Counted from the first letter of the stretch, positions 17,079 through 26,737 are shown. The stretch is DNA of 64,000 bases from a virus (IMGVR_UViG_3300020336_000246:17785-81784), one strand, 5' to 3'. Program-made: numbers and translations. Notes: generated from the sequence alone by a model not told the origin.

Positions 17079-17405
17079 TTGCATAGGAGTGGTACAATGA
17101 TAAGTAATGTTATGGACGTACAAATAGACGAAAAGATTAAACAGAAGATTTTGGAGCCAGCACTATACAAGGTTGTGTTCCTTAATGACGATCTAACACC
17201 AATGGAATTTGTTATCGAATGTCTTGTAGGTATTTTCAAACATACTGATACAACCGCAAGAGACCTTACAGTAAAAATACACGAAGAAGGTTCAGCAATA
17301 GTAGGAGTATATACTTTTGAGATAGCAGAACAAAAAGGTATAGAAACAACTACTTTAGCTCGTACTAACGGATTTCCATTACAAGTTAAAGTGGAAAAAG
17401 AATGA
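17079..17405 (+). CDS. clpS: ATP-dependent Clp protease adaptor ClpS
   Basis: YKVVFLNDDLTPMEFV, IHEEG, EIAEQK, FPL; true start may be downstream. Confidence 0.93.
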   Translation: MHRSGTMISNVMDVQIDEKIKQKILEPALYKVVFLNDDLTPMEFVIECLVGIFKHTDTTARDLTVKIHEEGSAIVGVYTFEIAEQKGIETTTLARTNGFPLQVKVEKE

Positions 17406-17947
17406 GCCTAAAAGAATTAACTTACGAACATCATCGTAACGCAGAAAGACAACAATTTGTAAAGGTACTAATGAGTGGGAAAATAGATCCTAAACTCTAT
17501 GCTACCTTTATGTACAACCAACACCAACAGTATAATATATTAGAAGTTCATGCGATGGCACATGGATTGTTAAACGGTCTAATGGATATTAGACGAGCTC
17601 CTAATATATGGGCAGACTACGAAGAATTATGGGAAGACCACGATAACCCACCACAACTATTATCAGTTACTAAAAAGTATGCCGATCATATTATGAGTAT
17701 CAAAGAAGATTCTCAAAAACTGTTTGCTCATATGTATACAAGACACATGGGCGACCTAAGTGGTGGACAAATGATCCGTAAAAAGATTCCTGGAAGTGGC
17801 ACACTATATGACTTTGAAGACGGTCCTGCTCTTAAAGAATTAATCAGAGAACGTCTAGACGATAGTATGGCCGATGAAGCAAAGATCTGTTTTGATTTTG
17901 CAACACAAACTTTTCAGGAACTAATGGATGTCTCAATCGACAGTTAA
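17402..17947 (+). CDS. hemO: Heme oxygenase (phage HemO/Ho1 type)
   Basis: LKELTYEHHRNAE proximal His; AHMYTRHMGDLSGGQMI. Confidence 0.92.
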   Translation: MSLKELTYEHHRNAERQQFVKVLMSGKIDPKLYATFMYNQHQQYNILEVHAMAHGLLNGLMDIRRAPNIWADYEELWEDHDNPPQLLSVTKKYADHIMSIKEDSQKLFAHMYTRHMGDLSGGQMIRKKIPGSGTLYDFEDGPALKELIRERLDDSMADEAKICFDFATQTFQELMDVSIDS

Positions 17948-19424
17948 AAAAATTGTTATAGTAGGAGGCGGAAGTGCAGGTTGGCTTACGGCCGCTTATG
18001 CCCTATACAATTTACCCAACACACAAATCACACTAGTAGAAAGTCCTAACATACCTATAGTAGGAGTAGGTGAAGCTACTATACTTGGCTTCGACCATTA
18101 CCTAACTGACTGTGGTATACCAACCGAACTATGGACAAAGGAATGTGATGCAACTATTAAACTAGGCACATACTTTCCTAACTGGAGAGGTGATGGTAAA
18201 AACATTTGGCAACCTTTTTACTTTCCAATTGAAATGGCAAAAACGGGTAACTGGCATGATGTAATAGACTTATGCCGAGATGCTAATGTTCCTTTTGAAG
18301 ATTACGAAAAGTGGACTGCTTGGTATGACATCAGTGTTAAGGATAAAAAGATTGCAGGTAACACAACTGCCTGTGGTAGTGAAGCTCATGTAGGTTACCA
18401 TTTAGATGCAGTTAAACTGGCAAACTTCTTAAGCGAATATCTTAATAAGAAGTATCCAAGGTTAAAACATATTAAAGCACACATAGATAAGCCTGTTATA
18501 AAAGATGGAAACATTGAACACGTTGTATTAGAGAACGGTGAAATGGTTACCGGAGACTTCTTTGTTGACTGTACAGGATTTAAAAGATTACTTTCAAATG
18601 CATTAGGCAATAGTAAATGGGTTGACAGAAGTCATATGTTGTTTACAAATGCCGCAGTGGCATCACAGATTAGTTATGAAACAGAAGATGAACCACAGGT
18701 ACCTTATGTAACTGCACAGGCTTGTGATCACGGATGGATATGGAAAACTCCTGTTAAAGATAGAATAGGTAGTGGACTTTGTTACAACAGTGATATAACA
18801 ACTAAACAAGAAGCAGAAGATTATTTTGTACAACATTGGGGAGAACATAGATTAAGAACAGGTAAGTTTAATCATGTACCTTTCAAACCAGAGTACAATG
18901 CAAACAACTGGCGTGGCAACTGTTTTAGTGTAGGACTAGCAAGTGGCTTTATTGAACCACTAGAATCAACAGGACTTGCATTATTAGTAATAGGTAGTTC
19001 AGCACTACACTATATGAAAAAAGGTTATTATGAGCAGGAGGACATGGATAGATTTAACGAGGATATGAGTAACGTGTACGAAGATAGCATGGGCTTTGTT
19101 GCACTACATTATTTTAGCAATCCAAGACAAAGTAAGTTTTGGAGACACGTTGAAGATAACTTTAAAGAAACTGAAAAGATGGAAGAACTATGCACAAACT
19201 TTGCAAGAAACTTTACTCCAAGTTTAGGTGGACAGTTTTTTCCACGTAACACAGAGATATTCCAAGATATAAATTGGAAGCTATGGTTAAACACCGTAGG
19301 TATTAAAACTGCTACTGCCAATTTAGGTGAGCAGGAGAGTAAGGAACTTTTAAATAGAATGAGAGAAGATAATAAAAAAGCTTCTTATCCAGGCTTAACA
19401 AATAGACAATGGAGTAACAGGTGA
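17928..19424 (+). CDS. Flavin-dependent halogenase (tryptophan halogenase family)
   Basis: GGGSAG, VGEAT, ATIKLG (catalytic Lys), GWIWKTP, GFIEPLESTG. Confidence 0.9.
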   Translation: MSQSTVKKIVIVGGGSAGWLTAAYALYNLPNTQITLVESPNIPIVGVGEATILGFDHYLTDCGIPTELWTKECDATIKLGTYFPNWRGDGKNIWQPFYFPIEMAKTGNWHDVIDLCRDANVPFEDYEKWTAWYDISVKDKKIAGNTTACGSEAHVGYHLDAVKLANFLSEYLNKKYPRLKHIKAHIDKPVIKDGNIEHVVLENGEMVTGDFFVDCTGFKRLLSNALGNSKWVDRSHMLFTNAAVASQISYETEDEPQVPYVTAQACDHGWIWKTPVKDRIGSGLCYNSDITTKQEAEDYFVQHWGEHRLRTGKFNHVPFKPEYNANNWRGNCFSVGLASGFIEPLESTGLALLVIGSSALHYMKKGYYEQEDMDRFNEDMSNVYEDSMGFVALHYFSNPRQSKFWRHVEDNFKETEKMEELCTNFARNFTPSLGGQFFPRNTEIFQDINWKLWLNTVGIKTATANLGEQESKELLNRMREDNKKASYPGLTNRQWSNR

Positions 19425-20122
19425 GCGAATCAATTATATGGGATACATTAATTAAAACCCAAGACGACATACTTGACATTTTTAACGAGTATGCAGAGGA
19501 AACAGAAGAAAAGACTTTGAACAAGTTTAATCAACCCGAGAATGGTTGGCTCAATAGAGTATGGGCAAACAAGCACGTTCGAAGAGCTCATATTGATGTC
19601 GTAGATGTACGTAAGGATAAAAGCCTTTGGATGATGCACGTATGTTGTTTTCCAACACTAGACAATGGTGCACCTATATACGGCTTTGATGTTATAGCAG
19701 GTAAACGTAAGATGACAGGTGCCTTTCATGACTTTTCAGCATCTAGTGGAGGAGAGGATCACCCACTATGCGAATGGTACCAAGATGCAGTAAAAGATTT
19801 TATTCCTACAAAACAAAGAGAACTACCACAATGGGCAAAGAATATTTTTAGTCCAGGAATGATTGCCGCTGGTAATGTTGCAACACAAGAAGAAGCAGAA
19901 GCTATTTGTAAACTAGCAGTTGATAACCTAAGAGTATGGTTCCAATCAGTACCTGAATATGCAGGCGATCAACCCACAGATTTTACTGCCGGCTGTCAGG
20001 ACTTCTACTGTCATAATCAGCAACAAAACCCACATACACCACGTGTTATGAAGTCTTTAGGACTTAACGAAGCAGACGTAGATGAATTTTGTACTAATGC
20101 TTTGTTTCCTAAACTAGCATAA
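19421..20122 (+). CDS. pcyX: Ferredoxin-dependent bilin reductase, PcyX/PcyA-like
   Basis: RRAHIDVVD, MMHVCCFP, PIYGFDVIAG, AFHDFS, YCHNQQQNPHT; near hemO; PcyX versus PcyA not resolvable without phylogeny. Confidence 0.82.
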   Translation: MSESIIWDTLIKTQDDILDIFNEYAEETEEKTLNKFNQPENGWLNRVWANKHVRRAHIDVVDVRKDKSLWMMHVCCFPTLDNGAPIYGFDVIAGKRKMTGAFHDFSASSGGEDHPLCEWYQDAVKDFIPTKQRELPQWAKNIFSPGMIAAGNVATQEEAEAICKLAVDNLRVWFQSVPEYAGDQPTDFTAGCQDFYCHNQQQNPHTPRVMKSLGLNEADVDEFCTNALFPKLA

Positions 20123-20133
20123 ATACTAGTGTT

Positions 20134-21516
20134 ATGCGTTTCTTTGAATTTAAAATAAATGAATCTAAGGGTATATTCGGTAGAGTGCCAGGTGATCCCT
20201 ATGTACATCCAGACGGACGCAAAGCAATATTCAAACAAGTAATAGGCTTACCTGATATGACACAAGGTGGTGGGCAGTTTGAATCTCCAGAGGCACGTGA
20301 TGCCGCAATAGAAGAATTTGAGAAAAACATCAATGGTAAAATTGAATGGACTAACAAACCAGACGCAGGTTCATTAGCATTTGGTGTTGCTGAAGTACAT
20401 TCAGCAGATGGCGATCAAACAATGTACTGGGGTAGATACTTTCGTATTATGAAAGCTAATATGATGAGTGCTTGGCCTAATGCAAGTGTACCACAAGGTT
20501 GGAAATTAGCAACCAAGGGTGCCGCTAAAATGGATCAAGGATTAGAACCACAAGCATTAATCAAGACAAATAATTTATTCAAAGGTTCTGAGTCAGTAAT
20601 TAGAGCAGTTGAAATGAATTCTAAACCAGAAAACAAAGAGATGTTAGTGAAAGCACTACAAGATTCAGCTAACGGACAGATGGCAGTATTTCCAGGACAA
20701 AGAGAAATAGAAACTGCAATTAGAGATTACTTCGGAGAGATTATGGGTCCTGTTGCTATGATGGGCAAAGCAGTTATGGGACAGGCAGAAGATGCCAGAC
20801 AAGAACTAGGTGGTGGTGCTGAATGGAATGACATGAGCATACGTTGGCCACAAGGCATGAACGAACCACTAGTTGACAGTAAGTTCTTTGCACCAAATGG
20901 AACAGAGATAGGTATTAGTTCTAAAGGTGGAGTAGGTGCTAGTGCAAGTGTTAAAAACTTACACGATGGTATTGTAAAAGCATCTGAGTCAAGCAAACCA
21001 GAAGATAAAAAAATATTAGAAGAAAACGAATACGTTGTTGATATTGTTACAACTATACAAAAAGAATCATCTAAAGATGGACCATTTGCATTAGGTGAGA
21101 AGTTTGGTCTTTCAACTCCAGCACTAAGACAAGAAGTTATTGAATATCAAAAGACTGGTAAAAAAGAAATGACTGATGTAAGTGAAGAAGCCGCGAAGAT
21201 GATGGAAGGTATTAACTTCAATACAAATGTTGTTGGCTTTAATACTGGAAACGCCATTACAAGTGCATTGGCTAAGAAAGTAGCACAACACGTTAATTCA
21301 GATAAGAGATTTTCACAAGGAGCACTTGCACTTCTTAACAATGCAAGTATTATTCAGCTATACACCAAGACTGGTGTTAAAGGTGATGATGTATCCGTTA
21401 AAGGTTACCAAGCAGTATATCCACCAAACTTCCAAGGTACTATTGGACTAGATGGTGGTAAGAACTATTACAGTTCACGTATTGGTGGTAAGTTTGCCTT
21501 TAAGTTCCTAAAGTAA
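20134..21516 (+). CDS. Hypothetical protein, possibly head-internal
   Basis: 460-aa ORF 8 nt after TAAATA; N-terminus MRFFEFKINES. Confidence 0.75.
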   Translation: MRFFEFKINESKGIFGRVPGDPYVHPDGRKAIFKQVIGLPDMTQGGGQFESPEARDAAIEEFEKNINGKIEWTNKPDAGSLAFGVAEVHSADGDQTMYWGRYFRIMKANMMSAWPNASVPQGWKLATKGAAKMDQGLEPQALIKTNNLFKGSESVIRAVEMNSKPENKEMLVKALQDSANGQMAVFPGQREIETAIRDYFGEIMGPVAMMGKAVMGQAEDARQELGGGAEWNDMSIRWPQGMNEPLVDSKFFAPNGTEIGISSKGGVGASASVKNLHDGIVKASESSKPEDKKILEENEYVVDIVTTIQKESSKDGPFALGEKFGLSTPALRQEVIEYQKTGKKEMTDVSEEAAKMMEGINFNTNVVGFNTGNAITSALAKKVAQHVNSDKRFSQGALALLNNASIIQLYTKTGVKGDDVSVKGYQAVYPPNFQGTIGLDGGKNYYSSRIGGKFAFKFLK

Positions 21517-21853
21517 TAATCAGATAATAACCTAAGAAGTGTAGTATTTGGTCTGCGGTATTGAGCAACCAAAATTGTCTTTGATTTGACTTCCAACCAA
21601 AATATTCACGTATATTAGTCTTTAAAAAGTCGGTATGCCAGTGTAGTATGTAATCTAGTATTCCAAGCAATATACAGACCTCTATGCTTGAATAAAAGGC
21701 CATTACAAGCATGGTTAAGACCCCATGTGGTATGTAATGTTGTAGATGTGCTGGTCCACCAAAATAACGTAATTTGGTTGGGCCTATGCCAAAAGGTTGC
21801 ATACCCAAATCAATTATGGCGTGTTTAATCATTAAGAATAGGAAAATTTCCAT
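21500..21853 (-). CDS. DUF3307-like membrane protein
   Basis: KHAIIDL, H...HG, HWHTDFLK, DQILH pattern; minus-strand TAAATA at 21879-21884. Confidence 0.75.
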   Translation of the reverse strand: MEIFLFLMIKHAIIDLGMQPFGIGPTKLRYFGGPAHLQHYIPHGVLTMLVMAFYSSIEVCILLGILDYILHWHTDFLKTNIREYFGWKSNQRQFWLLNTADQILHFLGYYLIITLGT

Positions 21854-21882
21854 TTGACTTTATCGTGATCCTTTGCTATATT
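21854..21882 (+). promoter_or_regulatory. Sigma70-type promoter
   Basis: TTGACT-N17-TATATT. Confidence 0.6.
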
Positions 21883-21932
21883 TATAGTATGTGATATATA
21901 AGTGTATATATCCTTTAACAAATAGGTAAGAA

Positions 21933-22121
21933 ATGATACATAAAATATCTGAACTATGTGACAAGATCGACTCTATTAAATTATGTGCCGATCAATTACG
22001 CCAGATGAAGTACGGTGCTCCCAAGTCTACTGAAATTGAAATAGACAATATGATACAGACTATTCAAGCTGACTGTCTATTAGTAGCTAACGATAAGCAG
22101 AAGTACAAGAAGAAGTCGTAA
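21933..22121 (+). CDS. Hypothetical protein
   Basis: 62-aa ORF downstream of the promoter. Confidence 0.65.
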   Translation: MIHKISELCDKIDSIKLCADQLRQMKYGAPKSTEIEIDNMIQTIQADCLLVANDKQKYKKKS

Positions 22122-22518
22122 GTTCAATAAAATAACGTAAAAACTTAAAATGCTTTGAAAGATCGTTAAAGAGGTCTTTGTTCATTCCATATGAAATACT
22201 ATTGTAAGAACTTTGTCCTATACCTATATAGTAATCCTGATCAATACCATAGTCAGGAAACACACCAGTAACAAATAAACAACTATCTCCAAGAGCCTTT
22301 GCATCTCTTGAGTTCTTTAGTTTTAGGTATGATTCTGCAAATGTACTTTCAGGTAGGAAATTAGGCTTGTCCAAATGGTCAGCAAGGAGCATGACGACAT
22401 AGGACTCAATGCCTACGGGTAACGTGTAGCCACTGCTCTCCTGCGTTTCTTTAACAACGCCGTAAAAGGCACTCTGATAAAAGTCCTTCATACTATTACT
22501 TATCGTTTTTGGTAACAT
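22087..22518 (-). CDS. Hypothetical protein
   Basis: ORF with ALGDSCLFVTGVFP motif; probable start about 22491. Confidence 0.7.
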   Translation of the reverse strand: MLPKTISNSMKDFYQSAFYGVVKETQESSGYTLPVGIESYVVMLLADHLDKPNFLPESTFAESYLKLKNSRDAKALGDSCLFVTGVFPDYGIDQDYYIGIGQSSYNSISYGMNKDLFNDLSKHFKFLRYFIELTTSSCTSAYR

Positions 22519-22566
22519 AGATTTTTAAACTGTTGAAAAAGCAACATTTTAATCATACCTATAAGG

Positions 22567-22595
22567 TTGACATTTGGCAGTAGTTTCTGTATAAT
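22567..22595 (+). promoter_or_regulatory. Sigma70-type promoter
   Basis: Perfect TTGACA-N17-TATAAT. Confidence 0.85.
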
Positions 22596-22623
22596 ATATG
22601 TATAATCAAGCAAGGGAAATAAA

Positions 22624-23094
22624 ATGAATTTAAAAATCAAAGGCGGTTCAAAATCACAGAAAAGATATGCTAAAGATATCATAGAATTCTGTGCAGAAAA
22701 GCTAATGAGTAAGCGACTTGCTAATAACTTGACTATCAAACTAACCTTCGTAAAGATGTACGAAAAGCATAGACAGATTGGCAACTGTATTTGGGAAGAT
22801 GACCCATACAGACCACGTGAGTTTTTAATTGAAATCGATCCTACTGTAAGACTACGTAGGGTGCTTGAAAGCATCTGTCATGAGATGGTCCATGTTAAGC
22901 AGTTCGCTAAAGGTGAAATGCGAGATTTATCCGGTGCTGAAAAAGTGAGCTGGAATGGAGAAAGATACGATCTAAGTGCAGATGAGTACTTCGACAGACC
23001 ATGGGAAATAGAGGCACACGGCCGTGAATTAGGGCTTTTTATACGTTGGGCTGAGAAAAACAAACTTGGACACCTAAAGTGGACACATGACTAA
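22624..23094 (+). CDS. Zn metallopeptidase-like protein (HExxH)
   Basis: CHEMVHVKQ and PWEIEA. Confidence 0.8.
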   Translation: MNLKIKGGSKSQKRYAKDIIEFCAEKLMSKRLANNLTIKLTFVKMYEKHRQIGNCIWEDDPYRPREFLIEIDPTVRLRRVLESICHEMVHVKQFAKGEMRDLSGAEKVSWNGERYDLSADEYFDRPWEIEAHGRELGLFIRWAEKNKLGHLKWTHD

Positions 23095-23116
23095 ATACAA
23101 CTAGATTACTAATTAC

Positions 23117-23677
23117 ATGAAAAAATACGAACAATATACAGCAGATGACAGGGTAGAAGCAACGTTATTTGATAACGATATACATTATCTTAACGGAGAA
23201 CTTGACCACGAAAATATAGCGAGAGCTATCAAGTGGATCATCTCAGCTAATATTCACAAGAAGCCTAAACGTAAATTAACTTTATATGTTAATACTGTGG
23301 GCGGAGATCTGTATGAAACGTTCGGACTTATTGATATAATGAAAGACAGTTATCATTCTATTGTAACGGTAGGAGTTGGAGCAGTTATGAGTGCTGGGTT
23401 CTTAATATTTGCTAGTGGTAAACATGGCGAAAGATATATTGGTAAGAACACAGGTATAATGAATCACCAACACTCAGATACAATGGAATCAAAGATGCAT
23501 GATATGAAAGCACAGATGAAAGAGAATAACAACTGTGAACTAAGATGTATGCAGATACTTAGAGATGCAACAGGATATTCATTATCCGATGTACGTAAAA
23601 AGTTCAATAATCCATCAGACCAATACTTTACAGCCAAACAATTGGTTGACCTAAAAGTAGCAGATCACATATTATAA
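23117..23677 (+). CDS. clpP: ClpP-like protease subunit
   Basis: LYVNTVGG, VMSAGFLI (Ser), MNHQ (His), DQYFTA (Asp). Confidence 0.88.
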   Translation: MKKYEQYTADDRVEATLFDNDIHYLNGELDHENIARAIKWIISANIHKKPKRKLTLYVNTVGGDLYETFGLIDIMKDSYHSIVTVGVGAVMSAGFLIFASGKHGERYIGKNTGIMNHQHSDTMESKMHDMKAQMKENNNCELRCMQILRDATGYSLSDVRKKFNNPSDQYFTAKQLVDLKVADHIL

Positions 23678-23684
23678 TTTCTGG

Positions 23685-23713
23685 TTGACAAAACCAAAAT
23701 CTTGTGTTATATT
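23685..23713 (+). promoter_or_regulatory. Sigma70-type promoter
   Basis: TTGACA-N17-TATATT; downstream AGAGGCACAAATG is also found before the ligase gene. Confidence 0.75.
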
Positions 23714-23741
23714 ATAAACACAATTAGGCATAGAGGCACAA

Positions 23742-24425
23742 ATGAAAAAACATTCTTTACTAGATATTCTTTCGGCAAGTTTTGCCGCATATAGAATCAA
23801 TGGTGACTACTACAAGGAAACAAGACGTTTCGAAGAATCACCTACTCAGTTTTCAAACAAAGATAGCATAGGACAACAATTTTCTGATAAAGAATTTACG
23901 CCACCGGATTGGCAACAGATGACTATTACTAATGCTGACATGGAAAATGCAGTTGAGTCTATTAAATGGATTAACAAAGAATTTGCTATGCAGATTATAG
24001 CAGACACTTTATCTGATTACATGAAAAGTCTTATTACTTGTTTGAATACTAAAGAACTTTCTAAAGAAGACTTTGGCATTATTGCAGTAACACCTAAAAT
24101 ATACTTTGAGGGAGTTAAGAAGAAAAGTGTTAAAAAGACTCTGAAAGATAGTTATAGAGAGTCTAAACACATAAGTACTATTGGAAGTGTTTTTGAAGGT
24201 GCGTTCACTTTGCACGAAATCAAGTTTGTCGATAAGTTTACCTGTCATGTACTAAATGGCAGTCATGAAGGAAACCTAATAAGTTTCTTTAAGAGCTTTG
24301 ACCAAACTAAAGAACTGCCAAAGGAGGGTACGACTTTCAAAATCAAGGCTAAAGTTAAAAGGCATGGGGAAAACTTCATTACCAAATTCCCTGAAACGAT
24401 TTTAAATTACGTAAAGATAGGTTGA
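23742..24425 (+). CDS. Hypothetical protein, possible C-terminal OB-like domain
   Basis: 227-aa ORF with RBS. Confidence 0.75.
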   Translation: MKKHSLLDILSASFAAYRINGDYYKETRRFEESPTQFSNKDSIGQQFSDKEFTPPDWQQMTITNADMENAVESIKWINKEFAMQIIADTLSDYMKSLITCLNTKELSKEDFGIIAVTPKIYFEGVKKKSVKKTLKDSYRESKHISTIGSVFEGAFTLHEIKFVDKFTCHVLNGSHEGNLISFFKSFDQTKELPKEGTTFKIKAKVKRHGENFITKFPETILNYVKIG

Positions 24426-24450
24426 CAAAACTGATGAATTATAGTAATAT
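24422..24450 (+). promoter_or_regulatory. Sigma70-type promoter
   Basis: TTGACA-N17-TAATAT. Confidence 0.6.
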
Positions 24451-24493
24451 TAAAACAATGTCAATCTATCGTAAACTTTTTGGAGAAAAGAAA

Positions 24494-24700
24494 ATGGCAC
24501 ACAAATACGTTTCGATAGAGAGAGTCCTCAACAGTGATGACTGGGGATTAATTATTAACAAAGATGGTGAACTTAAAGGTTTATATATTCCAGCAGGTAA
24601 AGATGATGACGAAGTACCATTCGCAATACAAACAATATGCGAAAAGTTCTTTGGTGTTGACTGGGCAGACGAGGAAATTTTTGAGAACACTATACATTAA
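24494..24700 (+). CDS. Hypothetical acidic protein
   Basis: GGAG RBS then ATG 24494 (track starts at 24422). Confidence 0.7.
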   Translation: MAHKYVSIERVLNSDDWGLIINKDGELKGLYIPAGKDDDEVPFAIQTICEKFFGVDWADEEIFENTIH

Positions 24701-24712
24701 CATAGGAGAAGC

Positions 24713-24907
24713 ATGGAAGTTATCGTAAGAAACAATAATGTTGAAAAAGCTCTAAGAGTTTTAAAAAGAAAGATCAAGAAAGAAGGTCTTCTAGTAGAAC
24801 TTAAAGAAAGATCATACTACCAAAAGCCAAGTGAGAAAAAACGTTTGGCTAAAAAACGTGGTATCAAACGGGCATTAAAGGCACAAAAAGATAGAAACAG
24901 AATATAA
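24713..24907 (+). CDS. rpsU: Ribosomal protein bS21, copy 2
   Basis: MEVIVRNNNVEKALRVLKRKIKKEG...SYYQKPSEKKR; AGGAG RBS. Confidence 0.93.
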   Translation: MEVIVRNNNVEKALRVLKRKIKKEGLLVELKERSYYQKPSEKKRLAKKRGIKRALKAQKDRNRI

Positions 24908-24925
24908 CTATAGAAGGATTAGTTT

Positions 24926-25411
24926 GTGAAATTTTTTAAAGATAAAACAGATGATTTCTTTCGATGGGTCAAAGGTACAGAGCTAGTACAACTAGATGAC
25001 ATTGACGTATCAGAGGATCCAGTAAGGCCTGAATTAACATTAGGCTGGCGTATCACTAAAGGTCGAGAAATATTTGGCTTGAAGTTTGAGAACGAGATAG
25101 AAGGTATTATTTGTATTGCATATACAAATGATGTTCCTCATAGTGTAAAGGAACTTGATATGATGAGTGAACTTATACACATGAAAAAAGAAAAACCTAC
25201 CATTGCTATTGCATACACAGTTTGGTCACGTAAACGTGGAGCAGGTAGAGAAATTATACAAAAGGTGTTAGCTCATGCAAAAGAGAAGGGTATTGAAAGA
25301 GTAATTACACTTTCGCCTCTTACTCCAATGGCAACACACTTTCACATTCGTAACGGTGCTAAACAAATAAGCATCAACGACACATCACAGAATTTTGAAT
25401 ATGGACTATGA
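24926..25411 (+). CDS. GNAT-fold-like protein
   Basis: SRKRGAGREII resembles the acetyl-CoA binding loop. Confidence 0.6.
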   Translation: MKFFKDKTDDFFRWVKGTELVQLDDIDVSEDPVRPELTLGWRITKGREIFGLKFENEIEGIICIAYTNDVPHSVKELDMMSELIHMKKEKPTIAIAYTVWSRKRGAGREIIQKVLAHAKEKGIERVITLSPLTPMATHFHIRNGAKQISINDTSQNFEYGL

Positions 25412-25655
25412 GTTTGAAGATTACAGGAAGAAACCGCCTAAGCCTATGCTAGGAGATTTTCCATTATGGATCGTTCCTAATATCTTTGTAACTGACTATA
25501 TGGTCAAGTTAGTTGCGTTCTTATTCTTAATACCAGCATTGTTTGGAATATCCCTAACTGTTACAGGTTTGTTTTTGAACTTCATGTTGGTTGACTTTAT
25601 TTTATATTTGTCGTATAAAAAACAAATAAACAGATTGTGGGGTAACAATGATTAA
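25395..25655 (+). CDS. Hypothetical membrane protein
   Basis: Two hydrophobic segments; overlapping operon. Confidence 0.7.
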   Translation: MNMDYEFEDYRKKPPKPMLGDFPLWIVPNIFVTDYMVKLVAFLFLIPALFGISLTVTGLFLNFMLVDFILYLSYKKQINRLWGNND

Positions 25656-25875
25656 TCACGATAACAAGTGCAAAATAGTTTGTACTGATAACGACATGGT
25701 CAACGAAGCAGACGTTGATCGATTTGAAGAAAAGAAATTTGTTGAAGTGTTCATAGCACAGAATAGATTAAAACTTTTATGGAATGGTTCCGTTTACGTT
25801 GGAAATAAGTCAGGATTAGAGTTTACTACTAAAGGTCCTGATATGTACAAAGTAAATGAGGGACGCGGTAGATGA
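25648..25875 (+). CDS. Hypothetical protein
   Basis: 75 aa; overlapping starts and stops. Confidence 0.7.
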   Translation: MINHDNKCKIVCTDNDMVNEADVDRFEEKKFVEVFIAQNRLKLLWNGSVYVGNKSGLEFTTKGPDMYKVNEGRGR

Positions 25876-26150
25876 GTATAGATAAAATAGCAGAATTAAA
25901 AGGCATACCTACCAAAGACACACTACTTAAAATACTATCCGAACAGACAGCCGTTGTAACTTTTAACAAACTAAACGGTGATGAACGTGTAATGACTTGT
26001 ACCAAAGATACAAGAGTTATTCCGGAAGAACACCACCCGAAAACAACCAAAGAAGCTCACGAGAAAAACATAACAGTATGGGACACCAATGCCAAAGGCT
26101 GGCGTTCCTTTGTGTATGATAGAGTTAGAAAGGTTGTTATAAATGGGTAG
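25872..26150 (+). CDS. WYL-like/SH3-fold phage protein
   Basis: VTFNKLNGDERVMTCT and VWDTNAKGWRSF. Confidence 0.75.
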   Translation: MSIDKIAELKGIPTKDTLLKILSEQTAVVTFNKLNGDERVMTCTKDTRVIPEEHHPKTTKEAHEKNITVWDTNAKGWRSFVYDRVRKVVING

Positions 26151-26388
26151 AGTTTTTAGTCAAGATTTATATCGCAAGTATCCAAACTTAGACAAGTATG
26201 CGATAGTATATGTTGTAAGGCAAATGGTCACCGAAGGTCTTTGTAAGACTCCAGTCGAAGGATTACAGTTATTGGAGAACGAAGACGTTGATGTTGACGG
26301 TCTAATCAGAAGAATCCACAATGGTCCAGACGAACCGGTAAGTACTACTGATGAAGATGAAGAAGATCACGAAGACCAAAAAGCATAA
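26143..26388 (+). CDS. Hypothetical protein
   Basis: 81 aa; overlapping operon. Confidence 0.65.
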   Translation: MGRVFSQDLYRKYPNLDKYAIVYVVRQMVTEGLCKTPVEGLQLLENEDVDVDGLIRRIHNGPDEPVSTTDEDEEDHEDQKA

Positions 26389-26545
26389 TGACTTTCCAGG
26401 TAATCTATTACAGATAAACTTTTTGGAAAGAGAAATTGAGTATGCAAAGAGTCAACTGCAAGAGCATGACACAGGACATATTCATACTGCTATAAGTTGG
26501 ATGGAGCATCGGATTCAAGAACTAAAGGGGATTTATGACAGATGA
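26351..26545 (+). CDS. Hypothetical protein
   Basis: 64 aa; LEREIEYAKSQLQEHDTGHIHTAISWMEHRI. Confidence 0.65.
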   Translation: MKMKKITKTKKHNDFPGNLLQINFLEREIEYAKSQLQEHDTGHIHTAISWMEHRIQELKGIYDR

Positions 26546-26729
26546 TAGATCAGAAGATGCAACATACGAAAACGAAAATAGTACGGTAACGATACCTTTG
26601 AGAGAATACGATAAGCTACGTGAACGTCAATCTTATATTACTGATAAAAGTTTAATTGGTATAATTGATAAGTTAGAAGAACTCGTTAGAGCATTGAGAA
26701 AGCATATTGTTAGAACAGACATTGATTGA
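26535..26729 (+). CDS. Hypothetical protein
   Basis: 64 aa with AGGGG RBS. Confidence 0.7.
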   Translation: MTDDRSEDATYENENSTVTIPLREYDKLRERQSYITDKSLIGIIDKLEELVRALRKHIVRTDID

Positions 26730-26737
26730 TCTTATAA

